Source of the DNA: Rhina ancylostomus
Lineage: Eukaryota
Assembly (NCBI GenBank): GCA_030265395.1
Contig: JARFYF010000001.1
Coordinates: forward strand, 29,623,598 to 29,687,597
Reading direction: 5' to 3'
Length of the DNA stretch: 64,000 nt
In this document: positions 12,666-26,074 of the stretch, piece by piece
How the letters are laid out: every line of letters starts with the position of its first letter
How positions within the stretch are numbered: the first letter of the stretch is position 1
Notes under the pieces: model-generated
Seen by the model: the letters and a program-made list of their open reading frames with translations, nothing else
The model's database searches: none
What the model was told of the DNA's origin: nothing
Position numbers and translations under genes: made by a program

Positions 12666-12714
12666 TCTTTGCTTTTCATTTATTGATAGATTACAGATTG
12701 TATCGGATTACAGA

Positions 12715-13730
12715 GACAGAGTTATACAGCACACAACAGGGCCTTCAGCCCAACTCATCCATGCCAACAAGTCGCCTAACTGAGCTAGTCCCATTTGCCT
12801 ACATATGGCCCATATTGCCCTGAACCCTTCCTATCCATGTACCTGTCTAAATGTCTTTTAAAAGTTGTACCTGCCTTTGCCGCTTCCTCTGGCTGCTCAT
12901 TCCATATATGCTGCAGCCTCTGTGTGGGAAAAAAGTTGTCCCTCAGATTTTCTTTAAATAGTCCCCCTTTCACCTTAAACCCATGCCCTCTACCAACTCC
13001 CCTACTCTGAGAAAAATTCTGTGAACTTTCATCTTATCTATGCCCCTCATGATTTTAAATGCCTCCATAAGGTTACCCCTTAGCCTCCTGCGCTCCAGGC
13101 TACAAAGCCCCAGCTAACCAGTCTTCCCTTATAAATCAGTCCCAGTAATATTCTTGTTCATCTTTTCTGCACCCTTTCCAACTTAAAGACATCTTTCCTA
13201 TAGCTAAGCAACTACACACAATATTTGAACATTAAACATTGAACATTAACATGAACATTGAGTTCTTCCATTTTAAGTAATCCCTTCAACAACATCCCCC
13301 CCACACACGCTCCAACCATGCCTCTTCTTTNNNNNNNNNNNNNNNNNNNNNNNNNNNNNNNNNNNNNNNNNNNCCTGAGAACATTACTATCATGTACAAA
13401 CCTTTGATTTCTGTCTATACCTGCAGACCTCGCATGACCATTTTCCTCCTGTCTTTATTACTCTGGCTCCCCTCCCCCTGCAAATCTAGTTTAAACCCAC
13501 CTATCACTGCTCTGCTCTTCCATCCTATTTATTAGGCTTTTCCTATCTCCAATCCTGAAAAAGGGTCCTGACCTGAAATGCTGACCACCTGCTTTTCTCC
13601 ACAGATGCTGCCAGACCTGCTGAGTTCCTCCAGCATCATAGTGCTTTTCATCGACACACAATATTTCAAGTGCAGTATCACCAATGTCTTGTACAGCCAT
13701 AACATAATGTCCCAATTCTTGGCCCACTTT
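12715..13730 (-). mobile_element. CR1 3' region split by a nested insertion at 13227-13653
   Basis: HIWNEQPEEAAKAGTTFKRHLDRYM translation; CR1 sequence resumes after a duplicated ACACACAATATTT (13214-13226, 13654-13666). Confidence 0.8.
13550..13653 (+). mobile_element. PLE terminal repeat with decayed hammerhead core
   Basis: CCTGAAAAAGGGTCCTGACCTGAAATGCTGACC..CCACAGATGCTGCCAGACCTGCTGAGTTCCTCCAGCA. Confidence 0.75.
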
Positions 13731-13734
13731 CCAT

Positions 13735-14330
13735 TTGATCTAGATCTGCATTTACATCATGGATGCCTGTTTTGAAAATGCTCGATTTGTTCTCATTCTA
13801 TATCATTTAGCAAAATGGGGTATCCCCAGACATGAAGAAGGATGTCATCAATGTGACAGATTGCTTTTGTCTCCATCAAGTTTGTGCAGTGTTCCTTCTT
13901 TCTTTTATCATCGTGGGCAAGCTTATATTTGGCAGCTGAGGATGATACGAGGATGATATACAGCAGCATGTTCCTTTTAAGTTGGTTCTGTTTGGCAGTT
14001 TTGTTAGCATTACTGTTATTGAGCCATTCTTTGAAATTGTCATTGAATTCTCCATTGCAAAGTGCACTATGTGATCTTGCTATCCTCAGTGTTCAACATG
14101 AACTCAGCATCAGCTGAGGGAAGAAGGATATTTGGTGATAATCAGTGGGAGGTTTCCTTGCCCATGTTGAGATGGTGCAATGAAATGTCATGCATTTCAC
14201 AGTCCTGCCATCTGTTGTGGGTTGTTCTTGCCAATGGGGAAAGATGGGGATGGCGATACAAGAGGCCGGTGCATTATCTGAAATGTGTGATTCTGTAATT
14301 TTATTGGTTGCCTCATCTATGTGAGATCTC
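13735..14330 (-). mobile_element. Highly degenerate LINE AP-endonuclease remnant (L2/CR1-like)
   Basis: Minus-strand GEFNDNFKEWLN (GDFN motif) and an upstream PSAD-like segment. Confidence 0.45.
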
Positions 14331-16754
14331 ACCAATTTTTGTTGCACATTCCCAGGTAGAAGTACAGAAGACTTTTTGTTATTAACTGGCCTGGCAGTGC
14401 CTTTTCCATGTTCAAGTCAGATGCATAGAATAATACCTGGTGGTCCATTTAGTTTTACATTTACTGTGACTTTGTGTTGTAGTTGACTGCATCTGAGTGG
14501 GTGACTAGGCCACTTCAGACTGGAGTTAAGTCAATGTGTTCTCAAGGCACATGAAGGCCAGACTGGTTCAGGAAAATTAACTTTCCTCCCTAAGGGAGAG
14601 TAAGGAGTCAGTTTTTTGTCAGATATTCTGTTTGCATTCAGTTTCTATCATTGATTGTGGCTTTTCTTTAAGGTCTTCAGAATTAGGCAATTAATCAAAT
14701 TTTCCATGACTGCAATTGAAGTAATCCTGTTCTGTATTCTGACATGCAATGACAATAGACAGAGATTATTAAATACTTCATTTATTGTCTTGAATTACAA
14801 TCTGAGAGAAGTAATTTTGTATTATATATCTCCATGCGGAAGATCCATCGAGATAAAACTGAATGACAGCACTGCACCCGAATAGCATATTTGTAAAGAA
14901 AACTACTTGGATCCATTTCTTTGATAAAGTTGATAAATGTCTTACAAGATGCAGTTTGTGTTATCCTGAAGATGTTATGAGATATTTAATATGATTGGTA
15001 CTTAGCCATCGAAGTAGCATATCTTTTAAGTTCTTTGTTACATATCAGTTCATGGCAGAAATGAGGTGTGAAATAGCCCAGGGAATCGTTTGAAAGAATT
15101 TTATTCAATGAATAATTTTGAGTTCAATTCTATTAGAAGGCAGCACTACATGAGGATCTGGTTAATAGGTGCAAAAATTGTCCTTTGTAATTGACCAGCA
15201 TGGGATAATTTTTAAGCTTTGCATGGCAGGCTTGTCAATAATTACTATAACTACCATGGCTGAATTTTGAATGATTTATTATAAGTATCAAAGCTGAAAG
15301 AATCCATAAAATACAGCAGCATGTATTAAGTTATACATAGAATAATTATTTTGAAAGAAGCAAATGGCTATTTCAGGTCGACTGCTTCATCACAGACATT
15401 TAATTTATTGTTATTTGACCTTGAACAATGGCTGCTCTAAACTAAAAGAAAGAAATAATCTGACTAGGTTCTTATAGTTATGCTGCAAAGGAAGTTTACC
15501 CCAAAGCTAACAATGCATCTTCACAGGGAACATGTTCAGAATAATCCACAACTGTAAAAAAAACTAAAACAAAACACACAAAAAAAATAAGGAAAATGTT
15601 ATGCTCCTCATATAGTCTACTGCTTCCACAGGTCTACTATAACCTGCCTTTAATGACATTCATTTTTTTCACCACATGAGTAAGGTGAATAACTATAGAC
15701 AAATATACAAAAGGTCATACTGGTCCCAGAATGTAATCAAATGAAAATACTACAATAGCAATCTTACACAACAATCCATGTTATTCAGGCATGACTGGTT
15801 GTGTTCACAGATGACATTCCCATAACATCACATTAGTCTTAGTAAGATTGAATATGTAACCTTCTGTAGAACATTTATTTGACCACTATTTATTCCAATC
15901 TGTTGGAATAAAATCTTCTCAACCAGATTTTCAATCGACTACTTATAAACTGAAGTTAATCAGCAATGCACCAACTACTTGTAGGTCATCTATTCCAATA
16001 CCTTCTTGTTGACTGATTAATTGAAATCACCTTTTAAATCTACATAGTACCCTGCCTTCAGAATGTAACAATTTCAATGATATTCTCTGTAAATTGTGAC
16101 CTGGATTTTTACTGAAAAACATTATCTCTCTCCCCCACCTTCCAAACAGAAAGAAATTAAACACTTCATACAGAAGTAATCAATTTACTGATGGTTTTCA
16201 CAGTCAGAACTTCAATTATTTGAATGAGCATTAAAGTTAACCGACATTCAGGAACAGTGGAAACTTAGTACTTTTGACAGCTGGCTAAGCCAGGATGCAT
16301 AGTTTAGATGAATATCTGCATTTTCCACACACTTCTCTTAGCTAGGCATATTCTAGCCCTACCACGTGATGGATTTTACATGAAGGAGATCCTGTGCGAC
16401 ACTGGTCCAAGCTGATGAGGTCTGGGCCAGCTTCTCCAAGGAATTATCACTGAGGGTTCAGCACAAGGTAATTGCAGGATTATTAAACATGTGAGTAGCA
16501 AGATCAGCCAGACCTAGCAAATTCAAGGTCATTTATCCTGTGAAACGAAGATCTCAGAACTATCCTTTTCATTTCACATCTTTTGTAGTTCTTTTCAAAG
16601 CACCATCATCCTTTGAAGTTAGAACAGCTCCATGTCTATCATAACATACTTTTTTCTTTTGATTTGTTAATAATAAGTATAAACTGTAGAACCTTCAGAA
16701 CAGACCCTAGGAAAGTAAGAGACTTAAAATTAACCAGACATTAGAATTATAAAA

Positions 16755-17035
16755 TACTACGGCACAGAAACAGGCCCTTCAGCCCACCATGTCTAGGCAA
16801 CCATTTTGCATATCTACACAAATCACATCTACCTGCATTAGGACTGTGTCTATTTAAGTATCTGTCTAAATGACTCTTAAATATAGTGATTGTATCTGAT
16901 TCATCGCCTCCTCTGGTAGCACATTCCAGAAGTCAACCACACTCTGTGCAGGAGTAAAAAAAAATTGCCCCTCAAATCCCCTTGAAGACTCCTTCCACTC
17001 ACCTTAAAGCTGTGCCCTCTTGTTTTTGATATCTC
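16755..17035 (-). mobile_element. CR1 3' end
   Basis: GCACAGAAACAGGCCCTTCAGCCCACC tail and TGTCTAAATG..TTAAA..GCACATTCCAG..ACCACACTCTGTG. Confidence 0.8.
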
Positions 17036-19534
17036 AGGGTTCTCTATACAGTGGAAACTGAGGGAGGTTAGCAAGAAAAAGATACGTGCTAATCAGAGTT
17101 CTCTAAAGTTTCAGAGAGTAGTGAAAATTACAGTCCCTTTCAAAAACAGCAAAAGAGAAATAGCAAATATTACAAATCAGTTAGTGGATACTATAGCTAA
17201 TGAACTTTTAGAAAGGAATGACTATTGTGTGATTGACAACCTCAGTTTATGAAATGAATTTTATCCTTATGCAACCAGACTGAATTATTTTAGGAAATAA
17301 AAGAAAGTATATAAACATACAATGCATTAATTATATTGCATTTGAACATCTAAAGATATTTCATGGCATCACATAAGAGATTTTTGAATATAAAATCAGT
17401 AAAGACATACTTGAAGGATACAAAAAGATAGCAATCTGAAGATTCCTTGACTTGGCAGGTTGGAGCTTCTAGTAGGTTCCATATGTCAGTAACCCTTTGT
17501 GTTCTCCAAATATATATATGACTTGGACATAAAAATTTTAAAATCTTAACTTTCTATTTACAGAAAAAAAGAGGGAATGGAAATGTAAGCACATTGGGGA
17601 ACTTTCAAAGGTTGAGAGAACAAAGCTGTACAGACTTTTGTCTTGGGAGCTGTTCTTTACCAGTAGAATATGAGTCTTCGCTTATCTGTGGTGGCCTACA
17701 TACTCATCCCAGAAGGGTAACAAACTATATGGAATAATTTTTAACACAAACATGCAGCACATTACAGTGCATAAATGCAAGAGAAAACAAACTGGAAGTA
17801 GGAGAAGAAACTTCCGTACGTCTAGTCCAATGTGATTTAAGATGAGAAAAACTTCACAGACGTTAACATTTCAATGCAGCATCCCAATACTTTTCAGTCC
17901 TCTGAATAAATACAATCTGGATTACTAAATGCAGAAATTGGTTGAGAAGTGAAGGAATTGTAAGTTACAGATAGACTAGAGGTGAAGAGTGAGGTAGGCT
18001 CACTGTAGCTCAAAGGCATGAGGCTCCTGCCACTTTAATTCCAAGCTGCACCTTATGGTTTAAACAAAACTCTTGCCCAAACTTTCAAGGTAATTGCATG
18101 GATACTAGCCAGTGGGAATGTAGAANNNNNNNNNNNNNNNNNNNNNNNNNNNNNNNNNNNNNNNNNNNNNNNNNNNNNNNNNNNNNNNNNNNNNNNNNNN
18201 NNNNNNNNNNNNNNNNNNNNNNNNNNNNNNNNNNNNNNNNNNNNNNNNNNNNNNNNNNNNNNNNNNNNNNNNNNNNNNNNNNNNNNNNNNNNNNNNNNNN
18301 NNNNNNNNNNNNNNNNNNNNNNNNNNNNNNNNNNNNNNNNNNNNNNNNNNNNNNNNNNNNNNNNNNNNNNNNNNNNNNNNNNNNNNNNNNNNNNNNNNNN
18401 NNNNNNNNNNNNNNNNNNNNNNNNNNNNNNNNNNNNNNNNNNNNNNNNNNNNNNNNNNNNNNNNNNNNNNNNNNNNNNNNNNNNNNNNNNNNNNNNNNNN
18501 NNNNNNNNNNNNNNNNNNNNNNNNNNNNNNNNNNNNNNNNNNNNNNNNNNNNNNNNNNNNNNNNNNNNNNNNNNNNNNNNNNNNNNNNNNNNNNNNNNNN
18601 NNNNNNNNNNNNNNNNNNNNNNNNNNNNNNNNNNNNNNNNNNNNNNNNNNNNNNNNNNNNNNNNNNNNNNNNNNNNNNNNNNNNNNNNNNNNNNNNNNNN
18701 NNNNNNNNNNNNNNNNNNNNNNNNNNNNNNNNNNNNNNNNNNNNNNNNNNNNNNNNNNNNNNNNNNNNNNNNNNNNNNNNNNNNNNNNNNNNNNNNNNNN
18801 NNNNNNNNNNNNNNNNNNNNNNNNNNNNNNNNNNNNNNNNNNNNNNNNNNNNNNNNNNNNNNNNNNNNNNNNNNNNNNNNNNNNNNNNCCCAGCACTTTT
18901 CTGGGCTTGCTCCTGTGAGACATCTGGTTTCCTTGGCACAGACTCTACAGGAAATCAGAATATGCTTTAAAATTTCACTGGATTCTGAACTGCATCACCA
19001 GACTTGATTCTGCATCCTTATGATGTTCTTGAGTACCTGAATTGAAAGTCTAAGATGTTGCCTAATCACCACCTGTTAAATGGAGTCAGGTGCAAGTAAT
19101 ATATGTACAAGAGTACCACACTGCCAATATATCATATCTGGCACAGTTGTAATATTAGAAACAGCCGCATGTGCATTTCAAGCACAACCATCTAGACAGT
19201 AGATGAATGGTTAATTTAATTCCTAAACACAGGTATGTTGGGGTCAAATGCAAGCTAAGAACCTCAGAAGGAGGAGAATTAAAGTAAATAGATCTCATAT
19301 GTGAAAAAAACTGATGACAGAGGAAAGCGTAAATCAAAGCAAAAAGGAAAATTATGTATTATCACCTATTTGTTGTTTACCTGTTTGGTTTGGAAGTATG
19401 AAATTGATTGTAATACTTGATCTTGAACTTACTGAATAACTGCCAGACTCCAATGAATCTGTAGTTTATTCTCCATTTTCCAGAAGTACATCATCTATTC
19501 TGGCACATTGAAATTGCAGGTAGAATAGCAATTT

Positions 19535-19800
19535 CACAGTTCCAATAACCCATTTTCGATTCTGATCTCCTGTACTCTGTGTGGAGCTTGCACTTTCTCC
19601 CTATGACCCTATAGGATTCCCTCAGGTGCTCCAGTTTCTTCCCATGTCCCAAAGACTGCTAATTGTTAAGTCAATTAGCCACTGTTAACTTACCCCTCGT
19701 ATAGATGGCTAGTGGGAGAAGCAGAGTGGGATTGGGGTTGATGTGATTGCTCTGGGAGATTACATAGAGTAGATGGGCCAAATGGCCTCCATCTATGTTA
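19535..19800 (+). mobile_element. HE1-like V-SINE with CR1-type tail
   Basis: V domain TGTGTGGAGCTTGCACTTTCTCCC..GGTGCTCCAGTTTCTTCCCATGTCCCAAAGAC and tail GATGGGCCAAATGGCCTCC. Confidence 0.75.
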
Positions 19801-20140
19801 AATGCAAATAACGTTTTTATAATTTTTGAGTGTTTTTTTGAATGTCAGAAACATCTCAGAAATTTGTAATGTTCTTGATAATTTTGATAGGTTGGTTGCC
19901 TTTCAAAGCTTTTTCCTCAATTGATTTGTGAACAGGAATTGTTCTGCACCTCCACCTTTACCATTTTGGGAATTTATGCATAGNNNNNNNTGGTTGCCTC
20001 ATAGGGTCTCTGAACAGAGGTTCTCCCTGACTTCTGCTAGCAAGGTCCCTGTGAAATATAAATAACTTAGAATGTAGTCCAGGGATCAGAGGTGACCTCA
20101 CCATTGACTGCAAAAGCTGGGCTGCAAATGGACTCTGTTG

Positions 20141-20234
20141 ATGCGATGTATCGACATACACGGCCATATAGTACTCTGTATATCCATATGTATAGTTATG
20201 GCGGTGTTATCTTTTTGGATGAGAGCGTCATCTG
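20141..20234 (+). CDS. Candidate first coding exon encoding a signal peptide or membrane anchor (gene unknown)
   Basis: ATG..TCT G|gtaagc encodes MRCIDIHGHIVLCISICIVMAVLSFWMRASS(G); in-frame stop upstream, TATAAATA at 20057-20064, locally CpG-rich; no homology recognised. Confidence 0.3.
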
Positions 20235-20857
20235 GTAAGCCTTTTTTATGACGAAGTTGCAAAATCACACAGCCTTGAACATTCAGTCTATGGCAAGAGT
20301 TTGAGGATTCATGATACATTTCGGTTTGTTCAATTTTGGAACCAAACTATAACTTCTTTGTTATGTATATACTGAGAACACTTCTGAAAGCATTACAAAT
20401 TGGTACGAGGATGAGATCTCAGGTAGGTTTTCTCTGTGATTGTTGACAGGCATTGGCACTCACTAAGTCAGTTGTAGATGTGTTTGAAACAGCTTAGACA
20501 GTTTTTTGTCAACCACTCACATGAAATCATGTTTGCCTAAGCAGTCCTCATTACCAATGAGAGTACCCAGTACATCGAGCCACAGTGACAAGAAATAGCC
20601 ATGATGACTTATCACTGGACTATCATATGTGACAAGTTTAGCTATATCAGTGTTTAACAGAAAGAAGACAACAGGCCTCCCTAAATAGCTGTTGGGAGCT
20701 TCGGATATATGACTGACTGCAAGAATTGTCCAGCTCACTTTGCAAACAAATTGACACATTCTTTAAAGTGAACAATCTCAAAAAGGTTGAAGGTGATAGT
20801 GATATCATGAGATCCAACTGAAAGTTGTATATGATTTTAATAAAACTATCGTGCTGA

Positions 20858-20926
20858 TACCAAAAAAAGCGCATTTCACTGTGTGTTTCGATGTACATGT
20901 GACTAATAAATAAATATCTTATCTTA
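20858..20926 (+). mobile_element. Isolated SINE/Rex1-type 3' tail
   Basis: GCATTTCACTGTGTGTTTCGATGTACATGTGACTAATAAA followed by ATCTT repeats; matches the tail of the SINE at 40728-41028. Confidence 0.65.
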
Positions 20927-23189
20927 TTGACATTGGGGTAGAAGCATGTTGGTGGACTTTCTTGTGAAATTTGTCTGTTTAAAGATGTACATAAATTGGA
21001 AGATAATTCTAATGTGAAGCTGTTATGAACAGTTAAAATCTGCAAGTTTAGGACAAGAAACTAGAATTAGAGTGAGGCAATTAGTTTTATTAAATAGCAT
21101 ACCTGTAATGCAGGCTTGATACCTTATTAGATCATGTTTTACATATTGGGATTGTCTGTGTACTGGTAAATGAAAAATCCAGACAAAGCTGTTCAGCACA
21201 CAAGTCCTAACATTCAAACATTGCTGCATTGATGAAGACATTTGCATTGGTACCTAAGAAAGTTAGAGAATTTTACCCTCCACAAACAATGGGTATAGCT
21301 GCTTTCCGTAGTTTCGGAATGATTGCAAAGTTCAATGAAATCAAGTCCAAGGTGCACTGATGTCACTGGTTCAATTAGCTGTCATCATTGCAATGACCTT
21401 CACTGACCACAGTCATGCTGGCTTAGAAAAGGTGAATATTTGAATTGCCAAAGAAAGCTAATTTTAACAGACTGCAGATCCATGGCTAAGACAAGCAACA
21501 AAAGAAATTTCAGTGGGAATTTGAATCAATAATGGAAAGGATGACTTCATAGTTTGTTAGTGAATTCAAGCAATGAAGAATTGGGATTGTACTATATCTA
21601 TAACCACAAGTAATAATGGCAGCAAACAGACAGACTTTCAAGTAAAGCTGTTGATTAATAATCAGTGCATTGAAGTAAGAAAGACTTTGAAACCCTGTGA
21701 CTGGGCTCTATTTCTACTTGTTGTTGATTTATAACAGGCATAAGGAGTTCTGAGGAAACTATTTTTCCCAAAGAGTGGAGAAAATGTGGATCTTGTATAC
21801 CAAGGAGTGATTGAAGCAAATTGAAGAGATATATTGGGGAAGGGGGAAGGTTGAATCTGCATGGAAGGAAGAAGGGAAATGATTGTTACAGTGGCAGATA
21901 TAGCTGGGGAAAGATGGGAAGAAGTATAACTGAGCCATGTAGAGTACATCAGCATGGACTATATGGCTGAATGATTTGTGCCTATGCTACATTTCCTGTG
22001 TAATCCTATCCAACAGAGATAGTCTAAATATGTATAAAGGTCAAGTATTCTGCCTTATAAATAAACAACTACCTTTTTGATCTATATAATGTGTTATGGA
22101 GATGTCACTATTGATATAATTACTGTTTCTACTTCTGCAAACTTTGGACAATAATGTATTTCCATATATCTGTAGACCTTCAAAACTTGTAGCAGCATAA
22201 GACTTTCCACTCCTGCATTCCTTGCCCTCAATGATTAGGGTGCTAATCCCAGAAGTGTCTTGTTATACAGTCGGGCAAAATGTCCGCTCACATCCAAGCA
22301 GTTATTTGCCCGTATTCATCTTCATTTCAGGTTGAAAGGTGGGCAGATTGCCAAAATCAATGCAGAATGCCAAATCGCTGAACTGTTAATTGCCCACTTG
22401 CCAGCACAATGGGTCGCTTGCCACGTTGCTGGGAGCTGAACCTGCCTGCCTTTGTATCAATGGTGGCTCTCCTTCCAGTGATCCAGGCTCTGTTAATATT
22501 TCACTGTACACCTGGACCGCAGGGGCTCTCTGGCTGAATGAGNNNNNNNNNNNNNNNNNNNNNNNNNNNNNNNNNNNNNNNNNNNNNNNNNNNNNNNNNN
22601 NNNNNNNNNNNNNNNNNNNNNNNNNNNNNNNNNNNNNNNNNNNNNNNNNNNNNNNNNNNNNNNNNNNNNNNNNNNNNNNNNNNNNNNNNNNNNNNNNNNN
22701 NNNNNNNNNNNNNNNNNNNNNNNNNNNNNNNNNNNNNNNNNNNNNNNNNNNNNNNNNNNNNNNNNNNNNNNNNNNNNNNNNNNNNNNNNNNNNNNNNNNN
22801 NNNNNNNNNNNNNNNNNNNNNNNNNNNNNNNNNNNNNNNNNNNNNNNNNNNNNNNNNNNNNNNNNNNNNNNNNNNNNNNNNNNNNNNNNNNNNNNNNNNN
22901 NNNNNNNNNNNNNNNNNNNNNNNNNNNNNNNNNNNNNNNNNNNNNNNNNNNNNNNNNNNNNNNNNNNNNNNNNNNNNNNNNNNNNNNNNNNNNNNNNNNN
23001 NNNNNNNNNNNNNNNNNNNNNNNNNNNNNNNNNNNNNNNNNNNNNNNNNNNNNNNNNNNNNNNNNNNNNNNNNNNNNNNNNNNNNNNNNNNNNNNNNNNN
23101 NNNNNNNNNNNNNNNNNNNNNNNNNNNNNNNNNNNNNNNNNNNNNNNNNNNNNNNNNNNNNNNNNNNNNNNNNNNNNNNNNNNNNNNNN

Positions 23190-23632
23190 CAGCAAATCAC
23201 AGAAATCAGCCTCCCCTCCATGGATTCTGTCTATAGTTCTCATTGCTTCGGTAAAGCAGCCAACATGATCAAAGACCCCACCCACCCTGAACATTCTGTC
23301 TTCTCCCCCTCCTTTTGGGCAGAAGGTACAAAAACTTGAAAGCCAATACCACCAGGCTCAAGGACAGCTTCTATCCCACTGTTATTAAACTATTGAACAG
23401 TCCCTTAGTACGATAAGGATAGACTCTTAACCCCACAGTCTACCTCGTTATGGCCTTGCACCTTATTGTGTGTTTGCACTGCACTTTCTCTATAACAGTA
23501 ATACTTCATTCTGCTATTGTTTTCCCTTATACTACCTCGATGCACTGCCGTGATGAAATGATCTGTATGGATGGTATGCAAAACAAAGTTTTTCACTGCC
23601 CCTCGGTACATGTGACAATAATAAACCAATTT
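23190..23632 (+). mobile_element. Rex1/Babar-type LINE 3' end
   Basis: ATCAAAGACCCCACCCACC..ACCAGGCTCAAGGACAGCTTCTATCCC (RLKDSFYP) and terminal TTTCACTG..GTACATGTGACAATAATAAACC. Confidence 0.8.
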
Positions 23633-26074
23633 GCCATTTTATCCTTCCTGTTTTTCTGTTTTTAACTGGAGCTAGTTCTCAGTTCTTCATTCAACTCTGT
23701 CCACCTACTTCTTACAATGCAGATTGAAACTATGTGGCCCATCAGTTCCAAACCAGCTCCCAAAGGAGCAATCCCAGGAAATGTATGAACCATTGTTACA
23801 ACCGACCAAAGTGGTATCAAGGATTACTTCTAACGGACTAGATCCGCAATGTCGCTGACATCTTGGTTCAATAGGAAGGATTCTTTTGCCCAGACTTGCC
23901 AGCCTTTAATGTTTTTGTGATGTNNNNNNNNNNGTTAAGTCTCCTGAAATGTTATTTTATCCTAAAGAAATATACGCATTATGGGAAATCCAGTTTGTCT
24001 GGTAGAATTTGACCTTTCATGCAAGTTTTATATCAGCTGAATTTTGCCTGGCCAAAATAACCCCAATATTGAAGTCTATACTTCAGTAGTTATAACCATT
24101 CCTCCATTGAACTGCAACTAATTTTGAAATATAAATGACTTCTGATATTACCATGGACATATGTATTTAAACTGAAAATTTGAAGAATGGGCTAAATGCT
24201 CCAGTTGTTCCATGATTTGCGTCTGCAAATTTGTTGCCTATGATATGTTGTTTTCATTTGTCAGAATTAAACTGTTCTGGTGTAATTGAATCAGATGTTT
24301 AAGACTAAATTGAAACAAAATTGCCTTTTCATCATAGATTGTTAAAGTACGTGGTCATGCATTAGACTCGTATTGTTTACTGCTACAGTTAGTTCAGGTT
24401 TGCAAATTGTACATATCCAACAACAAGAGGTCTATGAAGACTTTTCTTTACAGTTAATTTTATTTGTGCCTTTTTTTTGACCTAATTTTTGGTGATTTTT
24501 TTCTGAGCTAATTATCCACAAGTATTAGAATCCTACCAGAGTACTTGCACAATATTTCACCTTCTTTCCATTTCCCTTCGATATAAAAAGCCCACCAGGT
24601 TTCAGATGTCAGATGTTGCCTGTGATTATGATGAAACGCCAGTTTTTGGAGCTTGTCAGTATCATCAGTGTGAGTGAGGGTCAATCACATGACCTCCTAT
24701 GCCTACCAGTAAGAGCAGAACTCCAGATTCACTAGACACTGCCAGGATCCACTGAGAATTCATCAGAGTAGCTGAGGTTTTGCCAAACACTGAGCATAAT
24801 TGTTCTCAGGTAGGAAGCTGGTGAACAGCAGGTTTGATGCTTTGACCCATTAATTCAGCTACATCCAGAAGTTTGGCTTTTTTCAGTTACAGTCAGCCAG
24901 GACTGCTACATGTTCTATTTGCCGCTAGTCCCATCAACAGTTTCAAAAATGATTCTGTTTGTGTGAAGGAAATTTTGTTCCCCACAAGAAAGCTAAGAAC
25001 TGCCAAATAAAGATTGTTCTTTTTCAGATAAATGAACAAGGCTGAATTAAACAAAGTTAAATAGGCAATAAACAGGAACAACTGGATCAGATAAATTCCA
25101 AAGTGTGGTTACAAAAAAGCCTTTTTGCAGACATCACACAGAAGCAAAATTTTAATGTAACTCTCGAACTACAAGGTCAAATGATTTTTTTTTAAATAAA
25201 TCTACATTTAACAGAGTAAATAATACTGAAGATGATTGGGTTAAAGGTCACTCCAAGCTCAGTAAGTGAAAGTTGTGTCAATAGAAATTGAGTCTAATGT
25301 ATATTTTTAAAGACTTGTATGATTATGGAAACAAGAAATCATTTCTATCCCACACTTTGCAATACTGCATGAACATCATACATGCTGAGAAGATATTATT
25401 TGTTATGTCAAGAATTAATGTTGGTCATGTTGTCACATTTTGCTTCATTAAGAGTTTCTGAAAGATTATGAATTTAGTGATACATTATTCAGTTTTTATT
25501 GAAAACTAATAAAAGAAGCAAGTTGAGTCTTTCCTACCAATTATTTTAAGATTTCCACACTCTACCTTTACTCCAAAAATTAACAAACCCATAGCAGAAA
25601 TGTGACAGTTTCTGTCAGGAACATTTCTAGTGAGTTAGCACAAAGAGACAATGGCTTGATTCACACAATTAGTGGTCAATGGCATTTACAATCAATTTTA
25701 GTCCTTAGTTTATATCACATAATGAATTTTTCATTCAGGTTAACTTTGGACCTAGATCTATCAGTGAGGTAATCTAAGTCTTTCCTTGCAGAATGTAAAA
25801 GCTGTCCTACTTCCAAAGGAGAAATATTCTAAAAATATTTGGAGTTAGAACCTATAATGCTGCATAAAAATAAAGCTCCTCATAACTGCAACCATCCATT
25901 ACAGTGGGGGTTGGTAGTGCGATTAGCTTGATGCCCAATGCACAAATCGATGGCCCAATAAACATCACGCATACAGTTATCTGCCACCATACTTCTACCA
26001 ATATTGCTGCCTAAATATTTATCTGCTACCAGGTTATTCTAGCTCATTAGAATTGAATGTTTTGGACAAAGGAC

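Noticed and set aside
16341-16468. Exon-like segment between a pyrimidine-tract AG and AAG|gtaatt
   Set aside because: All three frames contain stops and no homology is recognised
20370-20428. EDEIS followed by G|gtaggt, resembling cortactin DDEISF
   Set aside because: Wrong strand and position, no continuation and no compatible acceptor
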